Positions 9,392 to 20,004 of a stretch of 64,000 nucleotides of DNA are shown here, piece by piece. The stretch covers positions 617,058-681,057 of the forward strand of contig CAWIJC010000002.1 of the NCBI GenBank assembly GCA_963836365.1, given 5' to 3'. Position 1 is the first letter of the stretch, and every line of letters starts with the position of its first letter. The stretch is from an uncultured Actinomycetes bacterium (GTDB lineage Bacteria; Actinomycetota; Acidimicrobiia; IMCC26256; PALSA-610). The notes under the pieces are model-generated. The model saw nothing but the letters and a program-made list of their open reading frames with translations. It was not told the origin of the DNA and searched no databases. A program made the position numbers and the translations under genes.

Positions 9392-10621
9392 TCATCGAAA
9401 GTCGAATGCGACTTTGATCGCGCCCGACTGCTCTTGCGTTGCGAGCGCGCCGAACGCGTCGCGCCAGTCGTCGAGCGCGAACGTGTGCGTGAGCATGCCG
9501 GTGAGGTCGACCCGCCCGTCGTGCACGAGATCGAGGTAGTGCGCGATGCCGTGCTGGCGCACGCCGTCGACCTCCTCGAACCCGAATGCGTTCGAACCGA
9601 CCATCGAGATCTCCTTGAAGTACAGCGGCGTGTCCTCCCACCACGTCGGACCGTGCACGCCCGCCTTCACGAGCGTGCCGCGCGCGCGGAGGACGCGCGT
9701 GCCGACCTCGAACGTCTCCCGCTTGCCGACCGTGTCGTACACGACGTCGATCGCGCCCGGAAACGCCATCGGCAGCCCGTCGCTGTCGCGCAACTTGCCG
9801 CCCGACCACGCGGTCGCTTCTTCGATCACGCGCAACGCGGGCTCGTGACCGATCACCGTCGCGCCGAGCTTCCGCGCGAGCTCGGCCTGCGTGTCGAAGC
9901 GCGCGACGACGAGCACTTCGACGTCGGGATAAAGCGCGCGCAGCACGGCGACCGCACACGTACCGAGCGCCCCGGCGCCGTACACCATCACCTTGGCGCC
10001 CGGGGGCGGCGGATGGCGCGTGACCGAGTGCATCGACACCGCGAACGGGTCGGCGAAGACGGCCAGCTCGTCGGCAACGTCGTCGGGAACCTTGAACAAC
10101 TGCGTGTCGTGCGCGGGCATGAGCTGCGCGTAGCCGCCGTTGACGTCGCGCGCGGTACCGATGTGGATCCCGGGCGGGATCGGCCCGACGTCGAACGACC
10201 AACACAAGCTGTAGTCGCCGTTCTCGCACGCCGGACACACCGGCGACACGCCGCGCGGCGCGCACGACAGCCACGGGTTCAACACGACGCGGTCGCCGAT
10301 CTCGAGCCCTTCGGCGTCGGGCCCGAGGGCGACGACATCCGCGACGACTTCGTGTCCCAGGACCTGGGGTAGAGAAAAAAATCCCTTCATCGGGTTGTCG
10401 GCGGACGCGACGTCTCCCCAATCCATGAAGACCTGCTTCGCATCCGACCCGCAAACGCCGGTGAGGCGGGGTCGCATCACGACCCAATCGGGTAACGGTG
10501 GTGTCGGTTCGTCGAGATCGACGAGCCGCATCGGCGTCTGCGCGAGGTTGCGCAGCAGCATGTTGTCGGTGTCAGGAACTGGATGAGATTCCGGCGCGAC
10601 GCCGTACAGCAGCGCTTTCAC
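9392..10621 (-). CDS. zinc-dependent alcohol dehydrogenase (MDR superfamily)
   Basis: GVCGSDAKQ...GHEVVADVVALG...CENGDYSLC...VMVYGAGALG are zinc-ADH motifs; 409 aa, intact. Confidence 0.8.
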   Translation of the reverse strand: MKALLYGVAPESHPVPDTDNMLLRNLAQTPMRLVDLDEPTPPLPDWVVMRPRLTGVCGSDAKQVFMDWGDVASADNPMKGFFSLPQVLGHEVVADVVALGPDAEGLEIGDRVVLNPWLSCAPRGVSPVCPACENGDYSLCWSFDVGPIPPGIHIGTARDVNGGYAQLMPAHDTQLFKVPDDVADELAVFADPFAVSMHSVTRHPPPPGAKVMVYGAGALGTCAVAVLRALYPDVEVLVVARFDTQAELARKLGATVIGHEPALRVIEEATAWSGGKLRDSDGLPMAFPGAIDVVYDTVGKRETFEVGTRVLRARGTLVKAGVHGPTWWEDTPLYFKEISMVGSNAFGFEEVDGVRQHGIAHYLDLVHDGRVDLTGMLTHTFALDDWRDAFGALATQEQSGAIKVAFDFR

Positions 10622-10667
10622 ACCGCGGAATCTACCGCGTTCCCGCCGGCTGCCTTCGGACCGGCCG

Positions 10668-11408
10668 TCAGGCCCGATCGCCCTGCACGCTGCGCAGATG
10701 CATCGGCCGGCGGTCGGCGCCGGGCCGCGCCTCGTCGCGCACGTCGTCGGGTTGCGCGAGGCAGAACCCGATCCCCCGCGACGTCAACAGGAACTTCGGT
10801 CGCGACGGCTCTTCTTCGATACGACTGCGGATCCGGCGAATGTGGGCCACGAGCCGCTCACCCGCGTCGGGTGGTTCGTTCGGCCAGATCGCCTTCTGGA
10901 GATCGACTTTCGACACGACGGCGCCCTCGGCGCGCACGAGCGTGACGAGAATGTCGAACTGTGTCTGTGTCAGCGAGCACAGCGAACCACGCCAGCGGGC
11001 TTCGCGCCGGGCGAGATCGAGCCGCAGCGGACCCCAGCTCAACACCTGCGCCAGACCACGCTCCCCACGGAGCGCGAGCAGCGTCAGCGCGCGGGAAAGC
11101 ACCTCGTCGGGCACGTCGGGCGGCACGATCGCGTGCACGTCGGGCGGCGCGAGCCGGTGCGGCTCGGTGACGAACACGCGAATCGTGTCCTGCAACGTGC
11201 CCGCCTGCTGCAGCATCCGCCCGTCGGGATCGATCGAATCGTCGGTCACCACGACTTCGGCAGTACGCGCGAAATCGATGATCTGGTCGCTGGTAAAAGC
11301 AAGCAAAGGCGCGAAACCCGCGTTCGCGAACAAGTTGGCCAGCGGCAACGGCTCCGCTACTGCGACCAAAACCCCGCGCGCTGAGCCCACTGCGCGAACC
11401 CGATCCAT
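10668..11408 (-). CDS. OmpR/PhoB-family winged-helix transcriptional regulator with an atypical (probably non-phosphorylatable) receiver-like N-terminal domain
   Basis: The C-terminal trans_reg_C domain reads LTQTQFDILVTLVRAEGAVVSKVDLQKAIWPNEPPDAGERLVAHIRRIRSRI...LLTSRGIGF. The N-terminal 120 aa are REC-like but lack the usual acidic pocket. Confidence 0.65.
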   Translation of the reverse strand: MDRVRAVGSARGVLVAVAEPLPLANLFANAGFAPLLAFTSDQIIDFARTAEVVVTDDSIDPDGRMLQQAGTLQDTIRVFVTEPHRLAPPDVHAIVPPDVPDEVLSRALTLLALRGERGLAQVLSWGPLRLDLARREARWRGSLCSLTQTQFDILVTLVRAEGAVVSKVDLQKAIWPNEPPDAGERLVAHIRRIRSRIEEEPSRPKFLLTSRGIGFCLAQPDDVRDEARPGADRRPMHLRSVQGDRA

Positions 11409-11641
11409 GTCCCCACTCCCGTCGCCCCCGGACAACACCCGACAGGTGCTCCCCCTACGCGCGCACACTAACGCGAAAACGCGCGGAATCCGATACCCCG
11501 TGTAGGACAACCGTCGCGATGCTGGCTCCCCTTTGTACTTCCGTTCCTTGCCGCGTTCTGTTTGTGTCTCCCTGCGCTCGATGAGCGCGCCGAGCGCCTG
11601 GCGGTCGGTGATTCGTGCACGAAGACAGGGAGGATGCCTCA

Positions 11642-12514
11642 GTGAAGGCAACGGGCAAGTGGAAGGCAACACTGGCGACGACGGTGGCGGCGGCCTCGTC
11701 GGTGGCGATGGCCACTGGGGCGTCGGCGAACAGCTCGAAGATCTGGAACGACGCGGATGTGCATGTTGATCAGCACAGCTCCGTGCAAACGGACCAGTTC
11801 GGGCTCTCCAACAGCGGCTTCAATCACGCGGGGTCGTTCGTTGCGGGCGTCAACTACAGCGACCAGCTCGCCGACGGCAGTGCCGGCGACGGCAACATCA
11901 GCAACTACGGGGCCAACGGCAACAACACCGCTGGCAACCTCGGCGCTCCGGCGACCAACGACAACACCGGTACGAACGACGGCGACTCCAGCGCCTCGGT
12001 GAAGACCGGCAAGGCGAAGGCCGACAACTACTCGGACACCAAGGTCAGCCAGAACAACGGCGGTGGTGCGGACGCCTACACGGGTGCCAAGGGTGCGACG
12101 ATCAGCGGTGGCGGTGGCATTTCCAACAACGCCGACCTCTCCGTCGACCAGGACTCGCACGTGCGTACGGAGCAAGCAGCGGTTGCGAACTCCGGTTTCA
12201 ACTCCGCAAAGTCGGGCGTGATCGGCGCGAACCTGAACGTTCAGAGCGCGTACGGCAACGCCAACGGCGGCGACATCAACAACAATGGCGCCGACGGTAC
12301 GAACACCGCAGGCAACTCTGCGGGTGCGGCGTCGAACACCAATGCCGGTTCCAACACCGGCAAGTCGTCGGCCTACGTGCAGACGGGTGACGCATCGGCG
12401 AGCAACTCGAGCAAGACGAACGTCTCGCAGAACAACTCCGGTTCCGCGAACGCTTCGACTGACGCCGAGGGCGCGACGATCAGCGGTTGGAACGACAACC
12501 ACCTGAACTGGTAA
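11642..12514 (+). CDS. secreted Asn/Gly/Ser/Ala/Thr/Asp-rich repeat protein (no anchor); paralogous to the downstream LPXTG protein
   Basis: GTG 11642 with RBS GGGAGGA at 11626-11632. Signal peptide KWKATLATTVAAASSVAMATGASA. Internal repeats with SNSGFN / TGDASASNSSKTNVSQNNSG motifs; low-complexity composition. Confidence 0.65.
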   Translation: MKATGKWKATLATTVAAASSVAMATGASANSSKIWNDADVHVDQHSSVQTDQFGLSNSGFNHAGSFVAGVNYSDQLADGSAGDGNISNYGANGNNTAGNLGAPATNDNTGTNDGDSSASVKTGKAKADNYSDTKVSQNNGGGADAYTGAKGATISGGGGISNNADLSVDQDSHVRTEQAAVANSGFNSAKSGVIGANLNVQSAYGNANGGDINNNGADGTNTAGNSAGAASNTNAGSNTGKSSAYVQTGDASASNSSKTNVSQNNSGSANASTDAEGATISGWNDNHLNW

Positions 12515-12525
12515 TCGTTGGGAAT

Positions 12526-12553
12526 CAGGGGAGGAGCTCTTGCTCCTCCCCTG
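12526..12553 (+). terminator. perfect hairpin CAGGGGAGGAGC-tctt-GCTCCTCCCCTG downstream of the secreted-protein gene (intrinsic-terminator-like, no U tract)
   Basis: 12-bp perfect stem with a 4-nt loop, seen in the sequence. Confidence 0.6.
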
Positions 12554-12653
12554 GTTGTCTTCGTAGAGTCGGGCGGCCACCCGCAGTCACGGAGAGGACG
12601 CGGGGGACGTTCGACGCACACCGTCGGTCGTCAACACTGAAGGAGCAGTAGTC

Positions 12654-14819
12654 GTGGTCGTGGCATCCGCGAAGCTCGGGCTTCGCATGCTGTTCGCAGC
12701 AACGCTCGTGTTCATCGCGTTGTTGCTGTTCGCGGGCCACGCCCACGCGGACGAAGCCGCCACCACGCCGGCACCCGAAACCACGACCGCGGTTGCACCC
12801 GACAACACTGCGACCGATCCGGCACCGGCGACGTCGACGCCGGCGACCGACAGCACCACCGCGCCGGCCGACACGGGAACGACGCCGCCGCCCACCGACA
12901 CCTCGACGCAGGCACCGGCGCCGCAAGACCAGAGCGCGATGCCCCCCACGCCGCCGCAGGCCGAGCCGACGCCGCCGACACCGGCCGGCGCGCCCGGGCC
13001 CACCCCCCCGAACAACACGAACGACCAGAACGCCGACGTCGGCACGACCGGCACCGGCGTCGCGAACACCGGCGGCAACGCGGCCGGCGCGCAGAGCAAC
13101 TCCGGCACGCAGACCAGTGGTACGCCCGGCGCGAACAACGGGTCGGCGACAGCAGGCACGTCGTCCGGCGACTCGTCCGCCGTCGGCACCAACAGCAACA
13201 GCACGATCGGTCAGCAGGCCCACGCCGAAGCGACCGGCTTGGGCACCGTCGACATCTTGCAGATCGCGCTCGTCGTCAACATCGGCGTCGCCAACTCGAA
13301 CACCGGCAGCAACGTCGTGGGTGCGGGCGGCGCGGGCACGTCGGGCATCGGCACGATCAAGTCGAGCATCAAATCCGGCAACGCGAGTGCGCTCGGCAAC
13401 AACTCCAAGACCGGTATCAAGCAGAGCGCGATCATCAAAAACGGTGAGCAGAGCAATCAGAAGGCCGTCGTCGTCAACGTCGGTATCGCGCTCGGCAACA
13501 GCGGTCTGAACATCACGATCGGCACGCTCGGCACCGACGGCCTGCCCGCGTCGACGCAGGCGGTCACGACCGGCGCGTCGAACGGCCAGATCTACACCGG
13601 CGACGCGAGCGCGATCGGCGACCGCTCGAATTCTGCGATCAATCAGTCGGCGAACGGCACGGCGAGCGGCATCGCCACCTTGGTGATCGACCAGCGGGCC
13701 GTGATCGTGAACTTCGGGACCGCGCTCGCGAACTCCGGCGGCAACGTGGCGCTCGCCTCGTTCGACCCGAGCAACCTGACGAGCGAGGAAGCCGAGATCG
13801 TCTACGCGGTGCTCAGCGCGTTGGCGCCGCTGTTCGGCCCGCCCCAGACCGGCGTCCAGAACTCGCTCGGCGGGACGACCGCGAGCATCGGCACCGGTAA
13901 CGCGAGCGCGATCGGCAACTCGTCGGCGACCGAGATCGATCAGAACGTCGAAGGCAGCGTGCACGGCGACGGGAACGCGTCGGCGACGCAAACCGCGGTC
14001 GTCGGCAACCTCGGTGTTGCGCTCGCGAACACCGGCTTCAACGGTGCGTTGGCAGGCGTCACGCTCGACGGGCTCACGCAAGCGCATCCCGAGCTCGTGG
14101 GTGCCGGCGACGCGCTCACGCAATTCCTCGCGCTGCTGACCAACCTCTCGTGGCTCGACAGCGCGAACCCGTTCGCACAGTTCGCGCAGTCGATCGACAT
14201 CGGCGGCGTCACGCTCGACCTGGGCGGCACGCTGAGCGGTTCCGAGTTCTTGCTCGGTTGGGACAGTGCGATCGCCCCCGACGGCGGCCCGCTTCCCGGT
14301 GGCGTGCGCGTGCGTCAGATCAGCGGCGTGTTGAACATCGGCTTCAGCACGTCCGACTCGGGCCACAACACGGTCGTCGCCATCGTGACCGGCTCGAACG
14401 GGAGCGGCGGCGACGTGAAATCGGCCAAGAGCGCGACGCAGGTGAAGAGCGGCTCGCCCGACGTGTTGGCCCAGGTGTTCTCGGGCAACGCGCTCGCGAT
14501 CGGCAACAACGCCGTCGTGACTGTGTGCCAGACGTTCCACGACACCGTGGACTGCTTCACCCCGAAGCCCACGCACCACCCGACGCCGCATCCGAAGCCC
14601 GCTCCGGCACCGCGGCCCCATACTCCTTCGGAGCCCCCGGTCGTCGTTGTGTCGGCGAACGAGGAATTGCCGCCCGCCTCGCCGACCGCCGCGACGACCT
14701 CGGGCTCCGAGGAGCTGCCGTTCACGGGCTCCGACCCGCAGGCATTGATCGCGATTGCCGGCACGATGCTCGCCGCGGGCGCGGCGCTCTCACGCCGCAG
14801 GCGCGCCGAACGCGTCTGA
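12654..14819 (+). CDS. LPXTG-anchored cell-surface repeat protein (sortase substrate): signal peptide, Pro/Thr-rich stalk, about 60-aa Asn/Gly/Ser-rich repeats, LPFTG + TM + RRRRAERV tail
   Basis: N-terminus MVVASAKLGLRMLFAATLVFIALLLFAGHAHA. Repeats of type TG[DN]ASAIGN.S...QS...Q.AVVVN.G.ALANSG.N. The C-terminus EELPFTGSDPQALIAIAGTMLAAGAALSRRRRAERV is a classic cell-wall sorting signal (LPFTG at 14715-14729). Confidence 0.75.
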   Translation: MVVASAKLGLRMLFAATLVFIALLLFAGHAHADEAATTPAPETTTAVAPDNTATDPAPATSTPATDSTTAPADTGTTPPPTDTSTQAPAPQDQSAMPPTPPQAEPTPPTPAGAPGPTPPNNTNDQNADVGTTGTGVANTGGNAAGAQSNSGTQTSGTPGANNGSATAGTSSGDSSAVGTNSNSTIGQQAHAEATGLGTVDILQIALVVNIGVANSNTGSNVVGAGGAGTSGIGTIKSSIKSGNASALGNNSKTGIKQSAIIKNGEQSNQKAVVVNVGIALGNSGLNITIGTLGTDGLPASTQAVTTGASNGQIYTGDASAIGDRSNSAINQSANGTASGIATLVIDQRAVIVNFGTALANSGGNVALASFDPSNLTSEEAEIVYAVLSALAPLFGPPQTGVQNSLGGTTASIGTGNASAIGNSSATEIDQNVEGSVHGDGNASATQTAVVGNLGVALANTGFNGALAGVTLDGLTQAHPELVGAGDALTQFLALLTNLSWLDSANPFAQFAQSIDIGGVTLDLGGTLSGSEFLLGWDSAIAPDGGPLPGGVRVRQISGVLNIGFSTSDSGHNTVVAIVTGSNGSGGDVKSAKSATQVKSGSPDVLAQVFSGNALAIGNNAVVTVCQTFHDTVDCFTPKPTHHPTPHPKPAPAPRPHTPSEPPVVVVSANEELPPASPTAATTSGSEELPFTGSDPQALIAIAGTMLAAGAALSRRRRAERV

Positions 14820-14821
14820 TC

Positions 14822-14849
14822 GTCGAAGGGGGGCATTCCCCCCTTCGAC
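14822..14849. terminator. perfect hairpin GTCGAAGGGGGG-catt-CCCCCCTTCGAC between convergent genes
   Basis: 12-bp perfect stem, seen in the sequence. Confidence 0.6.
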
Positions 14850-14875
14850 GCTACCCCCGCAGTTGCGCGTCGCTG

Positions 14876-15694
14876 CTACAGCGTGAAGGCCATGTGGTCG
14901 ACGACGCGGTTGCCGAGCGCCTGGTTGCCCTCCACGCGCACAGCCCCCATTCGGCGGGCCTGAGCGCCGTCCCATCGACCGCCGGCGAGGCGCGCGAACG
15001 TGCGGCGGTCGAGGGTGATGTGCGTGGTCGGCTCGGTGGGCGCGTCGGCGATGAGCTTGGCGCGACCTTCGGGTGGCACCGCGATGGTCGCGGTGACCGG
15101 TGGATTGCCGATCACGTCGAACACGACTGTGCTGTTCGGCGGGGTGCCCGCCTTCTTGCCGACCACGTAGCCGAGGGCCTTGCGCACGATGCGCTCGACC
15201 GACGCGTCGGCGATCACTCCCTCGAGCAAGCCGGGCCGGTCGAGAGCTTCGCGGATGTCCTGGTCGTGATACCAGCAGTCGAACACGCGTATTTCCATGA
15301 ACTGCCGGTACGGCCCGGGGCCTTCGGGTGTGAATCCTTCACGATCCCAGTCGGCCGGGGTCAGTGCGCGCAGTTGGTCGAGCCGTCGCGCCGTGACCGA
15401 GCGGAACTCGTCGAGCAGCTTCGTACCGTCCCATCCACGGTACGCGTCGATCCACCGTTCGTTCGCCCTGCCGATGTCGTTGCGGACATACGGCTTGTCG
15501 CCGGCGCCTGACGGCGCACTCGTTTGCTCGCCCATCAGCATCCGTTCGGTGCCGATCATGTGCGCGACGTTGTCGTGCACGCTCCAGCCCGGGCAATCGG
15601 TCGCGGTGTGCCACTGCGTGCTGTCGAGTCCGTCGCACATGTCGACGATGTCGCGCCAGATTGCTTCGAGATTCGCGATGACCGGCTCCGTCAT
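14876..15694 (-). CDS. mycothiol-dependent maleylpyruvate isomerase N-terminal-domain family protein (TIGR03083-like, DinB fold + SCP2-like C-terminus)
   Basis: MTEPVIANLEAIWRDIVDMCDGLDSTQWHTATDCPGWSVHDNVAHMIGTE is the hallmark of the actinobacterial MDMPI_N family. Confidence 0.65.
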   Translation of the reverse strand: MTEPVIANLEAIWRDIVDMCDGLDSTQWHTATDCPGWSVHDNVAHMIGTERMLMGEQTSAPSGAGDKPYVRNDIGRANERWIDAYRGWDGTKLLDEFRSVTARRLDQLRALTPADWDREGFTPEGPGPYRQFMEIRVFDCWYHDQDIREALDRPGLLEGVIADASVERIVRKALGYVVGKKAGTPPNSTVVFDVIGNPPVTATIAVPPEGRAKLIADAPTEPTTHITLDRRTFARLAGGRWDGAQARRMGAVRVEGNQALGNRVVDHMAFTL

Positions 15695-15725
15695 GCCTTC
15701 CGCTCCGGCCTCGGTTGTGCTCGGC

Positions 15726-16754
15726 TCATGGTGCGAACGTACTCGGCGGTTCGCAGGCGGCGACAACCTGTCGGCACCACTCCTGGATGGCCTCGAGATG
15801 ATCGGCCGTCGAGCGCCCGAACCGCACGAACACGAGGTCGAGGCTCGGCACGATCACGACACGTTGACCCTCGTAGCCGCGGGCGTAGAACGAGTCGGCG
15901 GCTCCGCGCAGGATCCACCAGTGCGCGCCGTACGGGCGTCCGTCGGCCGGATCGATCGAGCGCGGCCTGCGCCCGTGATCCACCCAGCCTGCGGGGACGA
16001 CACGACGGCCGGCGATCACGCCGTCGCGGAGATAGCACTGCCCGAAGCGCACCCAGTCGTGTGCGGTCGCGTACACGTACGACGAACCGATGAACGTGCC
16101 CGCGTCGTCGACGCGCACGGTCGCCGACGACATGCCGATCGGATCGAACACTGCGTTGCGAAGGAACTCGATCGTCGCGTCGCCGGCGCCGACGACGTCG
16201 GCGACGAGACGAGCGACGATGTTCGACGACCCCGACGAGTAGTTGAACGTGCTGCCCGGCGTGTGCGCCAGTTCGCGGTCGGCCGCGAAGTGAGCGACGT
16301 CGTGGCGACCAGTGCCGAACAGCATGTCGATGACGTCCGAGCGATCGGCATCGACGTAGTCCTCGCGGAAGTCGAGGCCGTCGCGCATCGCGAGCAGGTG
16401 CTCGAGCGTGATCGCTCGACGCGGATCGCCCCCCACCGACCATTCACGCACGCGGGGTGGCGCATCGAGCTCGAGCCGGTGCTCGCCGACGAGCACACCG
16501 ACCGCGGCGTGCAACACGGATTTCGCGACCGACCACGACAGCAGTCGTGTATCAGGACCGACGGGTTCGTCGCGACCGTCGAAGTGCGGAAGCGCACCGC
16601 CGTAGCGCTCGGCGAGCACCTGGCCGCGTCCCTCGACGCGCGCGGCATACGTGACGCCGTAGCGCGCCTCGTCGGCGAACATCGCGTCGACCAGCGAGGT
16701 CGGATCGGCGAACGGCGGCACGAGCGCACGGTAGACCTGCCATGGGAGACTCTT
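15726..16754 (-). CDS. serine hydrolase / beta-lactamase-family esterase
   Basis: SWSVAKS (SxxK) motif, YSSGSSN, and a HWW region. The start is uncertain (GTG 16754, or ATG about 16682). Confidence 0.65.
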   Translation of the reverse strand, partial: KSLPWQVYRALVPPFADPTSLVDAMFADEARYGVTYAARVEGRGQVLAERYGGALPHFDGRDEPVGPDTRLLSWSVAKSVLHAAVGVLVGEHRLELDAPPRVREWSVGGDPRRAITLEHLLAMRDGLDFREDYVDADRSDVIDMLFGTGRHDVAHFAADRELAHTPGSTFNYSSGSSNIVARLVADVVGAGDATIEFLRNAVFDPIGMSSATVRVDDAGTFIGSSYVYATAHDWVRFGQCYLRDGVIAGRRVVPAGWVDHGRRPRSIDPADGRPYGAHWWILRGAADSFYARGYEGQRVVIVPSLDLVFVRFGRSTADHLEAIQEWCRQVVAACEPPSTFAP

Positions 16755-16756
16755 CA

Positions 16757-17471
16757 CATGCCAGAGGCGATCACGTTCTACTTCGACCCGATGTGCCCCT
16801 ACGCGTACCAGACGTCGATCTGGATCCGCGACGTGCGCGCGCAAGTCGACGGCGGCCTCGACATCACGTGGAGGTTCTTCTCGTTGGAGGAAGTGAATCT
16901 CGCCGCCGGCAAACGGCACCCCTGGGAACGCTCGTGGTCATACGGCTTCGGGCAGATGCGCGTCGGTGTGCTGATCCGCCGTGAGCTCGGCAACGACGCG
17001 CTCGACCGCTGGTACGACGCGATCGGACACGCGTTCTTCTACGACGGTGTGAAAACCCACGTACCCGAGCAGCACGCGAAGGTGATCGACGCGGCTGGAT
17101 TCGACCCGGTGTTCGTCGAGCGCGCGTTGGCGGACGACACGACGCTCGACGAGGCACGCATCGAGCACCAGGCGGCGGTCGCGAACCACGGCGCCCACGG
17201 CGTGCCCACGATCGTGTTCACGCCTCGGCCCGAGCGGCCCGACGGAGCGGAAAACGACGGCTATGCGGTGTACGGCCCGGTCGTCGTGCCCGCGCCGACC
17301 GGTGACGATGCGGTCGCGCTGTGGGAGCTCACGAAGTCGATGTCTCGCTTTCCGCATCTCTATGAGCTGCGACACCCGAAGAAGACCGACGACCTGCTCC
17401 ACGTCGCCGAACATTTCCACACGTACCTGACAACGCGCGATTGGCAGACGGTCGAGAACCCCGCGCCGTAG
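16757..17471 (+). CDS. DsbA-like thioredoxin-fold protein (2-hydroxychromene-2-carboxylate isomerase / DsbA oxidoreductase family)
   Basis: MPEAITFYFDPMCPYAYQTSIWIRDV...GAHGVPTIVF. Only the last 238 aa of the 724-aa ORF are credible. Confidence 0.7.
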
Positions 17472-17498
17472 CCGACCGCTCGGATGCTTTCCCGCGCC

Positions 17499-19934
<2,436 letters not shown>

Positions 19935-20004
19935 CCCATTCCTCCCCGGGCGTGTGCAGGGGTGCGTCTGCGACACCCCACACACGCCCCCGTGCGCCCC
20001 GACG

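Noticed and set aside
9399-9414. Hairpin AAGTCG-aatg-CGACTT as a terminator
   Set aside because: It lies inside the last codons of the alcohol dehydrogenase gene (…IKVAFDFR), not downstream of a stop.
11639-14621. Long minus-strand ORFs (313 aa and 698 aa) opposite the secreted and LPXTG genes
   Set aside because: They are antisense artefacts of the Gly/Asn/Ser-rich repeats (complement gives Val/Ala/Arg-rich ORFs), with no motifs.
15297-17471. 724-aa plus-strand ORF
   Set aside because: Only the C-terminal 238 aa (DsbA-like, from ATG 16757) show a real fold signature. The rest is antisense to the hydrolase and MDMPI genes.
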